The notes under the pieces were generated by a model. The model ran no database searches, was not told where the DNA came from, and saw only the letters and a program-made list of their open reading frames with translations. From the NCBI GenBank assembly GCA_050012015.1, contig JBEKHZ010000003.1, positions 332,970 through 396,969 on the forward strand: a stretch of DNA of 64,000 bases, written 5' to 3'. This DNA is from Terracidiphilus sp. Lineage in GTDB: Bacteria > Acidobacteriota > Terriglobia > Terriglobales > Acidobacteriaceae. Positions 1 through 9,178 of this stretch are shown here, one piece after another. Positions within the stretch are counted from its first letter, which is position 1. Each line of letters begins with the position of its first letter. The translations under genes and the position numbers were made by a program.

Positions 1-404
1 GCTCGTTCTCCGGTACTGAGGCTCCTTCCGGTGTTGCCGCAGATGGGTTTTATCAAAAAGGCAGCAGCATTGCCGCCCTGTTGCGGATCATTGAAACACT
101 GCCCAAAGTGGAGCGGAAAGCACACCCGCCCACCAGCCCGGACGAGCTTCTCTGGATTCATCACAACAGCCACGACTTCTCGCCGGATGCATGCATTACG
201 ATCACTTGCCCGGAGTGCCTGCGTACTTTTCCCCAGACACTCGGCACTGGCTACCTGAAGCGCAAGACAGATTGCATCTATTGCCGTTGTCCGATTCACT
301 ACGCGATTGTGCAGCATGTAGAACGTATGCCATTGCAGGCGTTTCAGAGACAATCATCTGCAGCAATGTGTTTTTCGCAAAGCGCGCCCAACTCCAGCTA
401 CTGA
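1..404 (+). CDS. hypothetical protein, 3' end (partial at window edge), zinc-ribbon-like C-terminus
   Basis: Frame 3 is open from the window edge to the stop at 402-404. The ORF-track piece 81..404 contains ITCPEC...CIYCRC (CxxC-N~20-CxxC). No family recognised. Confidence 0.3.
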   Translation, partial: SFSGTEAPSGVAADGFYQKGSSIAALLRIIETLPKVERKAHPPTSPDELLWIHHNSHDFSPDACITITCPECLRTFPQTLGTGYLKRKTDCIYCRCPIHYAIVQHVERMPLQAFQRQSSAAMCFSQSAPNSSY

Positions 405-633
405 ATTTCGCAATAAAGCATGCATATAGACTGTTCTAACTTCCGCGCGGATCGGCGTTATAGCATGCGAGCCCGGGAAGCGGTAATGACCCGTATCATC
501 CTAAATTCATTGTGGTCTCAATAGCTCAGATAAAGGCAGTATGAACCGCTACTCTCGAGAACGTAGGGGCGCAGGAATAGAATTTCTGTGCCTTAATCAA
601 ATCAATCGGAGATAAATCCACGGAGGTGGAACA

Positions 634-894
634 GTGAACAGGGATCGAGTAAAGGGAACTATCGATGAAGTAGCGGGAAGCGCCAAGCGCAAAGCAGGCG
701 CGTTGACAGGCAATACGAAGCTTGAGATTGAAGGCATGGTTCAGCAGGCAAAGGGCAAGGTTGAAAATGCCTGGGGCAAGACGAAAGATGCGGTTCGTGA
801 TGCCGCTGAGGGCAGTGAGGTGCATCTCGATACTCGCGTGACTTTGAAAATGAAGAATTCTACAGCGGATGCCAACTGTAAAAAGTGTAAGTAG
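634..894 (+). CDS. csbD: CsbD-family general stress protein
   Basis: GTG start preceded by GGAGGTGG. The N-terminus KGTIDEVAGSAKRKAGALTGNTKLEIEGMVQQAKGKVENAWGKTKDAV is the typical CsbD repeat pattern. Confidence 0.8.
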   Translation: MNRDRVKGTIDEVAGSAKRKAGALTGNTKLEIEGMVQQAKGKVENAWGKTKDAVRDAAEGSEVHLDTRVTLKMKNSTADANCKKCK

Positions 895-1105
895 GTATTT
901 TGCCGCGCCGTGATTATGACAAGCATGAACTGGAGTCGACGTTTATCGTTCATCTTTCCCATAAGGTGAGCAGTTGTGCACAGATTCAGCAAGGCATCTG
1001 GAAATACCTTAATCTTGACGCGGAATGCGTCGCCTTTCAATCCTCGCAGCTCCGATGAGCGCAGCAAAGTCGGGCAATCGAAGGACGATCGGCAAAAGGA
1101 CTTAT

Positions 1106-2161
1106 ATGCGTACCATTCGGACTCTGTTAGTGTTTCTTGCATTGGCCATACCGGCCATCATGTTCGGACAGATTAGCGTAAGAATCGCGATCGGCCCCCC
1201 CATGCTGCCGGTCTACGAGCAACCCATTTGCCCCGGCGACGGCTATCTCTGGACACCTGGCTATTGGGCCTATGACGACAGCATCTCCGACTACTATTGG
1301 GTACCAGGAACCTGGGTATTGGCGCCGGAAGAAGGCTATCTTTGGACGCCGGGTTATTGGGGCTGGGGCGACGGCGGCTATTTCTTCAATGAAGGCTACT
1401 GGGGTCCGGAAGTTGGCTTTTATGGCGGGATCAACTATGGCTACGGTTATTTCGGTGAGGGATATGAAGGAGGCCGTTGGGATAACGGACACTTCTTTTA
1501 TAACCGTTCTGTGAACAACGTGGATGTTACACGAATCCACAATGTCTACGACACCAAGATCGAGAATCACAATGAGAATCGCGTCAGCTTCAACGGCGGA
1601 TCAGGCGGAATCGCGGTGCGTGCAACTTCTCAGCAGGAAGCAGCGGCAAAACAGAGGCATCTTCCGCCCGTAGCTGCTCAAGCTAACCATACACAGGCAG
1701 CGCGCAGCAATCCGGAGCAGCGGGTATCGGTTAACCATGGCAAACCGTCCACCGTGGCAACCCCCTTACCAATAGGCTTCAATGATCACTCGGCGGTAAC
1801 GACCCAACAGACGACTGAGCCACGCGCCGCAGTCCATCCCAAGGATCTTCCGCCGATTACTCGTCCCGCGGCAGTCAACTCAGGAAACGCCAAGGCGGAC
1901 CAGAAATACGAGCAGCAGCAAAACAAATTAATCGCCAAACAAACCCAGGATCGGCAGAAGCTTCAGCAGAAGCAGGATGCGGAACATCAACGGACGGCGA
2001 ACGCCAACACACAGCAACTGGAACAAAAGCACCAGCAACAGACGCAGAATCTGGTGCAAAAACATACATCTCAGCAGCAGTCGTTACAGGCCCGCCAGCC
2101 TCAGGCTCGCCCATCAAGCCAACCTCAGGCTCGCACATCGGGGTCAGGACCGCATAAGTAA
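1106..2161 (+). CDS. secreted Tyr/Trp/Gly-repeat protein (YXWGXW-like repeats) with Gln-rich C-terminal tail
   Basis: The internal Met at 1106 gives a signal peptide (MRTIRTLLVFLALAIPAIMFGQ). Repeats GYLWTPGYWAY / GYLWTPGYWGW are present. The C-terminal third is Q/K-rich low complexity. Confidence 0.7.
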   Translation: MRTIRTLLVFLALAIPAIMFGQISVRIAIGPPMLPVYEQPICPGDGYLWTPGYWAYDDSISDYYWVPGTWVLAPEEGYLWTPGYWGWGDGGYFFNEGYWGPEVGFYGGINYGYGYFGEGYEGGRWDNGHFFYNRSVNNVDVTRIHNVYDTKIENHNENRVSFNGGSGGIAVRATSQQEAAAKQRHLPPVAAQANHTQAARSNPEQRVSVNHGKPSTVATPLPIGFNDHSAVTTQQTTEPRAAVHPKDLPPITRPAAVNSGNAKADQKYEQQQNKLIAKQTQDRQKLQQKQDAEHQRTANANTQQLEQKHQQQTQNLVQKHTSQQQSLQARQPQARPSSQPQARTSGSGPHK

Positions 2162-2317
2162 CAGGATCATCCTCAGTGAAGACAGGGATTGTCCCTTGAA
2201 ACCATTTGCGGCCAAGCTCTCTCTACATGGCCGCGAACGCCGCTCTGTATTAGTTTCCTAACACACACCTTGCAAATGGCCTAGCTGTGAAGCGCCGGAC
2301 AGAACGGCCTGGGGAGT

Positions 2318-3013
2318 TTAGCCCGATTGAGCTGCTTCGTCCTGCAATGCGAGTTTCTCTGCCGCGTCTATCTTGCGCAGACCGCGAATCTTCCATATCC
2401 CATAGCAGAGGCCGGCTACCATTAGGCCAACGAAGACACAGAGCAGCGGAGTCGACCACGTCTGGAGCGTTCCAGACCATAAGCGGACTATCCTGCGCCC
2501 ATAAGTCACGCCAAGCCATGCGACAAAGGAGTAACGCAGGGTGCGAGCGGCGCCAAAGACAGTAAGGAATCGGCTGCGTGAAACACCCAGCGCACCGGAG
2601 GCGAGCGCAAACGGCAAGAGCGGAATGGGCGGAGGAAGTATGGCGGGAACGAAGACAGCGAGAACGGGATGACGCTCAACCCAAACGACGATAGGCCCAA
2701 GGAGGCGAGCCGGCACGTAGTGACGCAGCGCTTCTTCGCCGCCTCTGCGTCCAATGTGCCAGGTGGTGTATCCGCCCACTATGCTGCCAGCTATTGCACA
2801 AGGAGCCAGCAGCCAGGGATCGCCGCCATGCGCCACAAGCCACAGCAACAGCAGGTCCGTGCTGCCGGGCAAGGGTAAAGGAATGACCGAGGAATCTACT
2901 ACCGCAACAGAAAAAAGCCCCAGCGCTCCCAGGTGCGTGAGCCAGTGCGGCGCCAACGGCTGATGCAAGAGAGGCGCTGGCAATTGCACTGGTTGTCGAA
3001 CAAACATACCCAT
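2318..3013 (-). CDS. YqaA/DedA-superfamily membrane protein
   Basis: VVDSSVIPLPLPGSTDLLLLWLV...GSIVGGYTTWHIGRRGG motif and multiple hydrophobic segments. The start is set at the internal Met (MGMFV); the upstream extension in the track looks non-coding. Confidence 0.7.
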   Translation of the reverse strand: MGMFVRQPVQLPAPLLHQPLAPHWLTHLGALGLFSVAVVDSSVIPLPLPGSTDLLLLWLVAHGGDPWLLAPCAIAGSIVGGYTTWHIGRRGGEEALRHYVPARLLGPIVVWVERHPVLAVFVPAILPPPIPLLPFALASGALGVSRSRFLTVFGAARTLRYSFVAWLGVTYGRRIVRLWSGTLQTWSTPLLCVFVGLMVAGLCYGIWKIRGLRKIDAAEKLALQDEAAQSG

Positions 3014-3078
3014 ACAGGCTTGTCTCTGGATTCGCGTTTGAATGCCAAGGTTACGAACTACCTCAACCCGCAGAAAAC

Positions 3079-3300
3079 CTATTCTGCAATCGCGTCGCGC
3101 AAAGTGAACCAGTAATATCGTCGCCAACAAAATAAGCATCGAACGGGCCTTAGTGCAAACATAGCCAACAGGCCATCGAGCGAGCGCAACTCCGCTTGCT
3201 TAAATTTCACCGAATTACAGCGCGGGCACTTTCGCCGTATCCAAAGCAGATGCGGCAGCCAGTCGGGCAAGTTTCGTCTTATGTTACTCATTCTGCCCAT
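3079..3300 (-). CDS. small hypothetical zinc-ribbon protein
   Basis: 73 aa with CPRC...CLFC pairs. Co-oriented with and just upstream of the YqaA-like gene. No family recognised. Confidence 0.35.
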   Translation of the reverse strand: MGRMSNIRRNLPDWLPHLLWIRRKCPRCNSVKFKQAELRSLDGLLAMFALRPVRCLFCWRRYYWFTLRDAIAE

Positions 3301-3326
3301 CCATTTCTGTTATGCAGCAATGCACG

Positions 3327-4349
3327 CTAAAGTACGCCTTCGTTTGCGCGACTCGAATTCGAGTCCAGCCAGGAGAGCAGACAACGGATGCTGCCTTTCG
3401 CCATAGCTATGCTGGAATCGGCGGCTCCATAATACAGATTGATGGTGTCGTTATCTGCTTCGATGGTCTGTCCGCAGGGAAACACAATATCATTGACATC
3501 TCCGCCGCGCTCATAAGACGCCTCCGGTCCGAAAATCCAGGAGTCTCCCCGTTGCAGGCATATATCTGGATGTTCCAGATCAAAGAGCGCCAGTCCCAGG
3601 CGATAAATGCTTCCCGATGCCGTTTGCCGCACTCCGTGATAAATCATCAACCATCCGTTGGCCGTTTCTATCGGCGGTGAACATAGTCCAATCTTGTTCG
3701 CGTCCCACCAGCCGCCTCGCCGCGCCGTGAGAATAATCTTATGGCTTCCCCAATGCCGCAGATCAGGCGAGTAGGATATCCACATATGAGCGCCAAGAGC
3801 TGTCATGGGCCGGTGAATCAACGCCCAGCGTCCGCCTATCCTGTGGGGCAACAACGCCGCATCTTTATCCTCTGGAGTCATGATTACGCCGTACCGCTCA
3901 AAGCTCCGAAAGTCCTTGGTGAGCGCCAGCGAGACTCCGGGACCTCCCCGCGCAAAGGATGTGTATGCCACAGCGTATTGCTCAAGTTCAGGGACATAGG
4001 TAATGCGCGGATCTTCGATTCCCCAGATTTCTTCTGGAAATTCCTTCGGATTCGCCATCAATGTTGGTTGAGCGTCAATTCTCCATCCATCCATACCATT
4101 GGCTGAACGCGCGGCACAAAGATGCGACAGGCCGCTGTGATCTTCAACGCGGCAGAGCAGCAAAGTGTCGCCGTTGGCCAGCCGTACAACCCCCGCGTTG
4201 AAGACGCTGTTGATCGGATAGGGCCATACTTCCCTGCTGAGAATCGGATTGCCGGAATAGCGTGTAAACAGGTGATAGTCGTCACATGGTTTTGGCTGTT
4301 TCTGGGCGATAGATTCCCGCGATTCCTCTGGAGAGAAATTTGGACTCAA
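3327..4349 (-). CDS. GH130-family glycosidase/phosphorylase (beta-mannoside phosphorylase-like beta-propeller)
   Basis: NSVFNAGVV...LLLCRVED...DPRITYV...YAVAYTSF...KDAALLPHRIGGRWALIHRP pattern typical of GH130. The start overlaps the upstream GT4 stop by 4 nt. Confidence 0.85.
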   Translation of the reverse strand: MSPNFSPEESRESIAQKQPKPCDDYHLFTRYSGNPILSREVWPYPINSVFNAGVVRLANGDTLLLCRVEDHSGLSHLCAARSANGMDGWRIDAQPTLMANPKEFPEEIWGIEDPRITYVPELEQYAVAYTSFARGGPGVSLALTKDFRSFERYGVIMTPEDKDAALLPHRIGGRWALIHRPMTALGAHMWISYSPDLRHWGSHKIILTARRGGWWDANKIGLCSPPIETANGWLMIYHGVRQTASGSIYRLGLALFDLEHPDICLQRGDSWIFGPEASYERGGDVNDIVFPCGQTIEADNDTINLYYGAADSSIAMAKGSIRCLLSWLDSNSSRANEGVL

Positions 4350-6727
4350 TAGGAGACACTCATTCCATGGTGCAGTTCGTCTGCGCTTGCCACTTTGGCA
4401 GTCTGCATTTCAAGCAGTGCCATGAGAAACGAGAGCGTGGATTCAGCTCCCTGATTTTCGTTTACACGGTCTGGATGAAGGCCATCCCGGCATCCACCTG
4501 TCAATGCATCATACAGCGGAACCTGCAAATCGTTCTTTCCGAGAAACCAACCAAAGACTCTGCGCGCTTCCTCAAGCCATTGGCTTGCCTCCGTCAGCCT
4601 GTACACCTCAAGACAGGCAGAAATGGTTGCGCATGCCTCCACTGGTTGCTGATCGAAGCGCGCCTTTCCATTCCCCTCAATGAAGAATCCATTGGATCCT
4701 ATCGGTACAAAAATCTCCTTATCGTCACGGTGTTGCTCGGCAACCAACCACTTCAGAGAGTCCATTCCAGCTTCAATCATTCGCTGGTTGTCACTCCGCC
4801 ATCCTGCAAGAATAAGCGCCTGAGAGAGCCTTGCATTTGAGTAGGAAAGGCTCTTCTCAAACCACCTCCAGGTATCTGAATGACTTCTTTCGTAGATGTC
4901 AAGGAGCCGATTAGCAAGGATATTGCGCGCGCTCTGAATGGCTCTGTCACCCGGAAACCAGTCCAGGTAAGCTTGCATGCCCAGAATGCAATACGCCCAG
5001 GCTCGTGGACTGGTAAACGAAAGTGTCGCAGGTACAACCGCTTCAAAAAGCCTCCCCGCAGCACCTCTCAATCCCGCATTTTGAGAAAGTCCCAGCACCT
5101 TCCCCAGCGACCACAATGCGCGCCCATGGCTGTCATCCGACCCAACATCTTCAAGCCACCTGCGGTCATACCCAAGATAGTTTCTAAACCTCCCTGTATC
5201 GGCATTGAAGGCAAGCCACAAAAAGGAAAGGTAGCGGTGGGATAGATTCGAATACTCCCGCTGGTCCGCATACTCAGGATTCTCGTCCAGAAGAACTGAC
5301 ACGATCAGAGCCCGTGCGTTGTCGTCGGTTGTATAACCTTCTCGTGTATTCGGCACCGAAAAGATAGCGTGTTGCAGGATGCCGGTATCGTCAGTCATGG
5401 TCAACAGATGGCCTGGGTTCAGTGCGGGCAGAAGGTCTGCCAAATTCATCGCAGAATCGTCCTGCTGGGCCGCTCTTGGATGTAAAGAGCGTTCAAAGCG
5501 TGCCCGCTGAAAGCATGCCATGTAGGCCCGCGCCGTTTTTGCCCACGTTGTTCCGCGAGAGTGAAGATAGGCGCGCTTTCGCATAGCATGACGTTCCGCA
5601 TTGTTCTCCAGTAATCCCAAGACCGCTTCTGCAATCGCATCAGGACTCTGGAACGGAACAATTACGCCGCGATTCTCCGCAAGTAACTCCTCGGCATGCC
5701 AGTACGGTGTGGAGACAATTGCCTTACCGGCCCCGAGCGCAATTGCAAGAGTGCCGGAGACGATCTGCTCTTCATGCCGGTAAGGCGTGATATAGATATC
5801 AGCAGCACCTACGTGCTCTATAAGTTCTTCCGTGCTCACAAAGCGATTGTTGAATATCAAGTGGTCGGAGACGCCAAGTTGCTCTGCCAGCGCCTGCAGT
5901 TCTTCCCGGTAGCGTTCGCCCTCTCGCCGGCGGACATGCGGGTGGGTCACTCCGGATACAATATAGACCACGTTTGGCTGTCTAGCCAGGATCGCAGGTA
6001 ACGCCTGTATGACGTTTTCAATGCCCTTATTAGGAGATAGCAACCCGAACGTAAGCAGAACCGGCTTGCCTTCCGTGCCGAACTTGTCTTTGTAGTAATT
6101 TGGATCCATAAATGGAAGATCTGGCACTCCGTGGGGAATCACGTCGATTTTTTCGCCTGGAACGGCATAAACTTCACGCAGCAGTTGGGCTGCCAGTTTG
6201 CTCATCACCACCATACGATCGGATAGCTGTGCAATCTCTTCAAGCACCATCCGCTGATTCAGATCCGGGTCGCGCAGTACCGTGTGCAGAGTGGTCACCA
6301 ACGGCATCTTCAATTTGCGCAGCAAGGTCAGTATGTGGCTGCCCGCGCTGCCGCCGTAAATGCCATATTCATGCTGCAGACAAGTCAGATCGTTGCCATT
6401 GAAGTTGAGAAAATCAGCGGCGCGCTCATAGGAGGAAAGGTCCTCCTGCTCTAGTTCCAGGCGTACTTGTTCCGGATACTGATAACTTGAATCGGGATCG
6501 TTGACCGGGATGGCAAACAATCGTCCCTCTCCGTACTCGGTCGCGAGCGCCGTGCACAGGTCAGTTGTGAAAGTGGCAATTCCGCACTCTCGCGGCAGGT
6601 AATTACCAACAAACGCAATGCGAGTTGGCAAAGGCAGTTTGCACGCTTTCGTGGTGATATGCAAATATGCTGCAGGATCTGGATTTCCGCCAGGCTTCTC
6701 AGAATGTATCATCTCAGAAAGCGACAT
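4346..6727 (-). CDS. GT4-family glycosyltransferase fused to a ~400-aa C-terminal domain of unknown function
   Basis: N-terminal RIAFVGNYLPRECGIATFTTDL and the following GT-B (GT4) region to about aa 390. The C-terminal half is helix-rich and I could not assign it to a family. Confidence 0.85.
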   Translation of the reverse strand: MSLSEMIHSEKPGGNPDPAAYLHITTKACKLPLPTRIAFVGNYLPRECGIATFTTDLCTALATEYGEGRLFAIPVNDPDSSYQYPEQVRLELEQEDLSSYERAADFLNFNGNDLTCLQHEYGIYGGSAGSHILTLLRKLKMPLVTTLHTVLRDPDLNQRMVLEEIAQLSDRMVVMSKLAAQLLREVYAVPGEKIDVIPHGVPDLPFMDPNYYKDKFGTEGKPVLLTFGLLSPNKGIENVIQALPAILARQPNVVYIVSGVTHPHVRRREGERYREELQALAEQLGVSDHLIFNNRFVSTEELIEHVGAADIYITPYRHEEQIVSGTLAIALGAGKAIVSTPYWHAEELLAENRGVIVPFQSPDAIAEAVLGLLENNAERHAMRKRAYLHSRGTTWAKTARAYMACFQRARFERSLHPRAAQQDDSAMNLADLLPALNPGHLLTMTDDTGILQHAIFSVPNTREGYTTDDNARALIVSVLLDENPEYADQREYSNLSHRYLSFLWLAFNADTGRFRNYLGYDRRWLEDVGSDDSHGRALWSLGKVLGLSQNAGLRGAAGRLFEAVVPATLSFTSPRAWAYCILGMQAYLDWFPGDRAIQSARNILANRLLDIYERSHSDTWRWFEKSLSYSNARLSQALILAGWRSDNQRMIEAGMDSLKWLVAEQHRDDKEIFVPIGSNGFFIEGNGKARFDQQPVEACATISACLEVYRLTEASQWLEEARRVFGWFLGKNDLQVPLYDALTGGCRDGLHPDRVNENQGAESTLSFLMALLEMQTAKVASADELHHGMSVSY

Positions 6728-6937
6728 CGTGCCCTCCTTTCAACTTCATATCCGGCCAAGAACCAGGAGAAGAACAATAATCAAGAGAATCAGTCCAACT
6801 CCGCCGCTCGGAAACTTTCTACTACAAATCACAGCTTGAGCTTAAAAAGATCTCTCCTACAGACAGAACTCTGCCGTACAGCGGTGAACGTTCGTTTTTG
6901 GCGGGCACAATCTGCTGGGTCTTAGCAGGTTGATCTT

Positions 6938-7339
6938 TCAATGCCCGACGCGGAACTTATAAATGTAGTCAAAGAGGCCGAATACTTTGAGAAGCCACAG
7001 GACGACGACTATTACGACGACACCATTCAGAATTCCCTTGATTTGACCCTGCATGGGAACGAAACGGTTCACCAGCCATAACAACAGGCCGACTACACAC
7101 AGCGTGATGACAACAGGAATGAGTGGCGTATCATGTCCGATACGGTACTGAGAAAGGTTGTCAAAGAGACCGACAACCTTCAGAAGCCACAGAACCACGG
7201 CAATCACTATAACGCCATTCAAAATGGCCTTGATTTGCCCCTGCATGGGTATGTAGCGGTTGACCAGCCATAGCAACAGGCCGACTACTGCAAGCACGAT
7301 AACTACAGTGACAAGTGGCATTTCATGTTCTCCAATCAT
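6938..7339 (-). CDS. small membrane protein, internal tandem duplication of a ~60-aa two-TM unit (Thivi_2564-like)
   Basis: Two consecutive units: LLLWLVNRYIPMQGQIKAILNGVIVIAVVLWLLKVVGLFDNLSQYRIGH and LLLWLVNRFVPMQGQIKGILNGVVVIVVVLWLLKVFGLFDYIYKFRVGH. Confidence 0.7.
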   Translation of the reverse strand: MIGEHEMPLVTVVIVLAVVGLLLWLVNRYIPMQGQIKAILNGVIVIAVVLWLLKVVGLFDNLSQYRIGHDTPLIPVVITLCVVGLLLWLVNRFVPMQGQIKGILNGVVVIVVVLWLLKVFGLFDYIYKFRVGH

Positions 7340-7670
7340 TATGTGGACTTGTCCACACTCAAGGAATCTTCGAGGCGTTCGACAGATTCGTGTTAAATTG
7401 CTTGCTTCTTGCCTGGCTCATTTCTGAAGTTGCATATGCAAAAACGGAAATTGCGCCGGTCTTATGAAAAATGACGGTCTTTTGTGCCCTTGCACAACCT
7501 GGGCGGCTAAAAGGGCACAAATCCATTGATTTGCCTTAGCTCAGGAGCCAGTGGAGAGAGAAAAACGGTCATTTTTCTTCATGTTTATTGTTCCAAAGTG
7601 GTAAACAAATAGCTGAGCTATAATGCACAGGATAAAGGTTGAAAAAGTAGGTTTTCGACGGTGGGTATAA

Positions 7671-7911
7671 TCACGCCGTTGCTTCCTGCGAGTCGGCGCC
7701 CTCTCCTGCCGGCAGGCGATCCGGCAGGTAAAGGCGCACCACACCAATGCGGTTGTCGGCCATCCCATTTGCGACCATTCGCGGAAAATAGATACAGTTC
7801 AACATCCGGGCCGCGAGCGGCTGCCGGATTGAGAACGCCTTCGGCCTCCAAAGAGTTTTCCGCCTCCGGCTCCATCACCATCTCCAGGCGGCGCAGAGTG
7901 AATTCACTCAT
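7671..7911 (-). pseudogene. GH130-superfamily glycosidase remnant (N-terminal ~75 codons, frameshifted and truncated)
   Basis: The ORF starts with an ATGA overlap on the HAD stop and reads ...EAEGVLNPAAARGPDVELYLF. The expected continuation, PRMVANGMADNRIGVVRL, is in the +1 frame after a T4 run (plus-strand A4 at 7785-7788) and stops at 7671. Confidence 0.6.
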
Positions 7912-8690
7912 TCATCCACCTTACAGAATCGCACCTGTTGACCGTCGTCCAAACAAGCGATGATCGCTTCAATCACACGTTTGGTCTCACTGGGGCCTTG
8001 AACGGGAATGGAAACAACTCCTGCCTGTTCAGCCGGATAATCATTTCCCCCAGGAAACAAGGCATCTCCGACGTATATCATCTCTTTCAATGAAATGCCG
8101 AGAATGTCTCGCAGCTTTTTGATTCCGTAGGCTTTGTCAATGCCGGGTTTAGTAACATCAATGGAAGTCGCGCCACCCATTCGGACGGAAAACTCGGGAA
8201 TAAGAGTATCCAGAATTGCTTTAATCTTCTTCCGCTTTGCAAAATCTGAATCCCATTTGCTCTTTTCTTCCAAGGGGGCCAGCTGGCCAAGTGCGGAATA
8301 TGTCACCTGACTTCCACGATCTTCAATGGTTTCTCCCCAGGTTCTTTCGGCAGGAAAGCCCGCTATTTCGATTGCTTTCTTCAGGGAACTGACGATCTTC
8401 TCTTTTTCATTCGCCGTGAAGTCTTCTGAATAGAGCAGCTTCCAATCCTCTGCGTACTGGAAGAATTTTGTTCCGCACGTCGGGAGCAATGAAAGATTAA
8501 CGAGGCGATTGTCCTGGGGAAGATTGGAGAGCAACTGTTTTTGAAATTGCAGCCATGCGCCTCCGGAGATGACCGCCACCTTGACAACGCTGAGCAGGTC
8601 ATGCAGAAGACTCGACATCTCAGCATCAAGAGGCGATTTGCTGGCGGCGAGTGTTCCGTCAAGATCAAAGACAATCAGCTTTTTTACCAT
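7908..8690 (-). CDS. HAD-IIB family hydrolase (sugar-phosphate phosphatase / phosphomannomutase-like)
   Basis: N-terminal LIVFDLDGTLAASKSPL (DxDGT motif) and C-terminal YVGDALFPGGNDYP motif. Confidence 0.85.
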   Translation of the reverse strand: MVKKLIVFDLDGTLAASKSPLDAEMSSLLHDLLSVVKVAVISGGAWLQFQKQLLSNLPQDNRLVNLSLLPTCGTKFFQYAEDWKLLYSEDFTANEKEKIVSSLKKAIEIAGFPAERTWGETIEDRGSQVTYSALGQLAPLEEKSKWDSDFAKRKKIKAILDTLIPEFSVRMGGATSIDVTKPGIDKAYGIKKLRDILGISLKEMIYVGDALFPGGNDYPAEQAGVVSIPVQGPSETKRVIEAIIACLDDGQQVRFCKVDE

Positions 8691-8885
8691 TCATCCGCCT
8701 TGGAACTCTTGCAATGCCATTTCAAGCTTCAAGACTGGCAAGCCATTTCTTTGCTGATCTGGTCCAGATTACGATGGATCACAATCTCCAACGAATTTGT
8801 CGCACAGTACGAGTGAAAGATCTGTCTCAAGATTGAAGTGCTTGTGTGACTAGACAGACACACACGAAGATGTATGCTGCCTATC

Positions 8886-9116
8886 CTACGGAAGTGGATG
8901 TCGTGGCAGGCCTCGTGGAACCCACGCCAGGTCTCCACTCAGAATGTAGATGGCGAGAGCCATTACCATGAAGACTGCGCCGACCCAGAAGCGCCAGTCA
9001 CTATGCATACGCCTCCAGTATGGGCCGGGATCCGGCTCACCACTATTACCGCTATTTCCTTCGAGGTTGTGTTTGCTGCCGGTCATCTCTTCTCCATTTT
9101 CGGAATACCCGAGCAA
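8886..9116 (-). CDS. small hypothetical membrane protein
   Basis: 76-aa ORF with one hydrophobic helix (WRFWVGAVFMVMALAIYIL). It lies between mlaD and the HAD gene on the same strand. Weak support only. Confidence 0.3.
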   Translation of the reverse strand: MLGYSENGEEMTGSKHNLEGNSGNSGEPDPGPYWRRMHSDWRFWVGAVFMVMALAIYILSGDLAWVPRGLPRHPLP

Positions 9117-9178
9117 TGCTTAAGCGGAAGGCTTCTGTTGAAGCGAACAATTACAGATTCCGCTCATCGTGTAACTCT

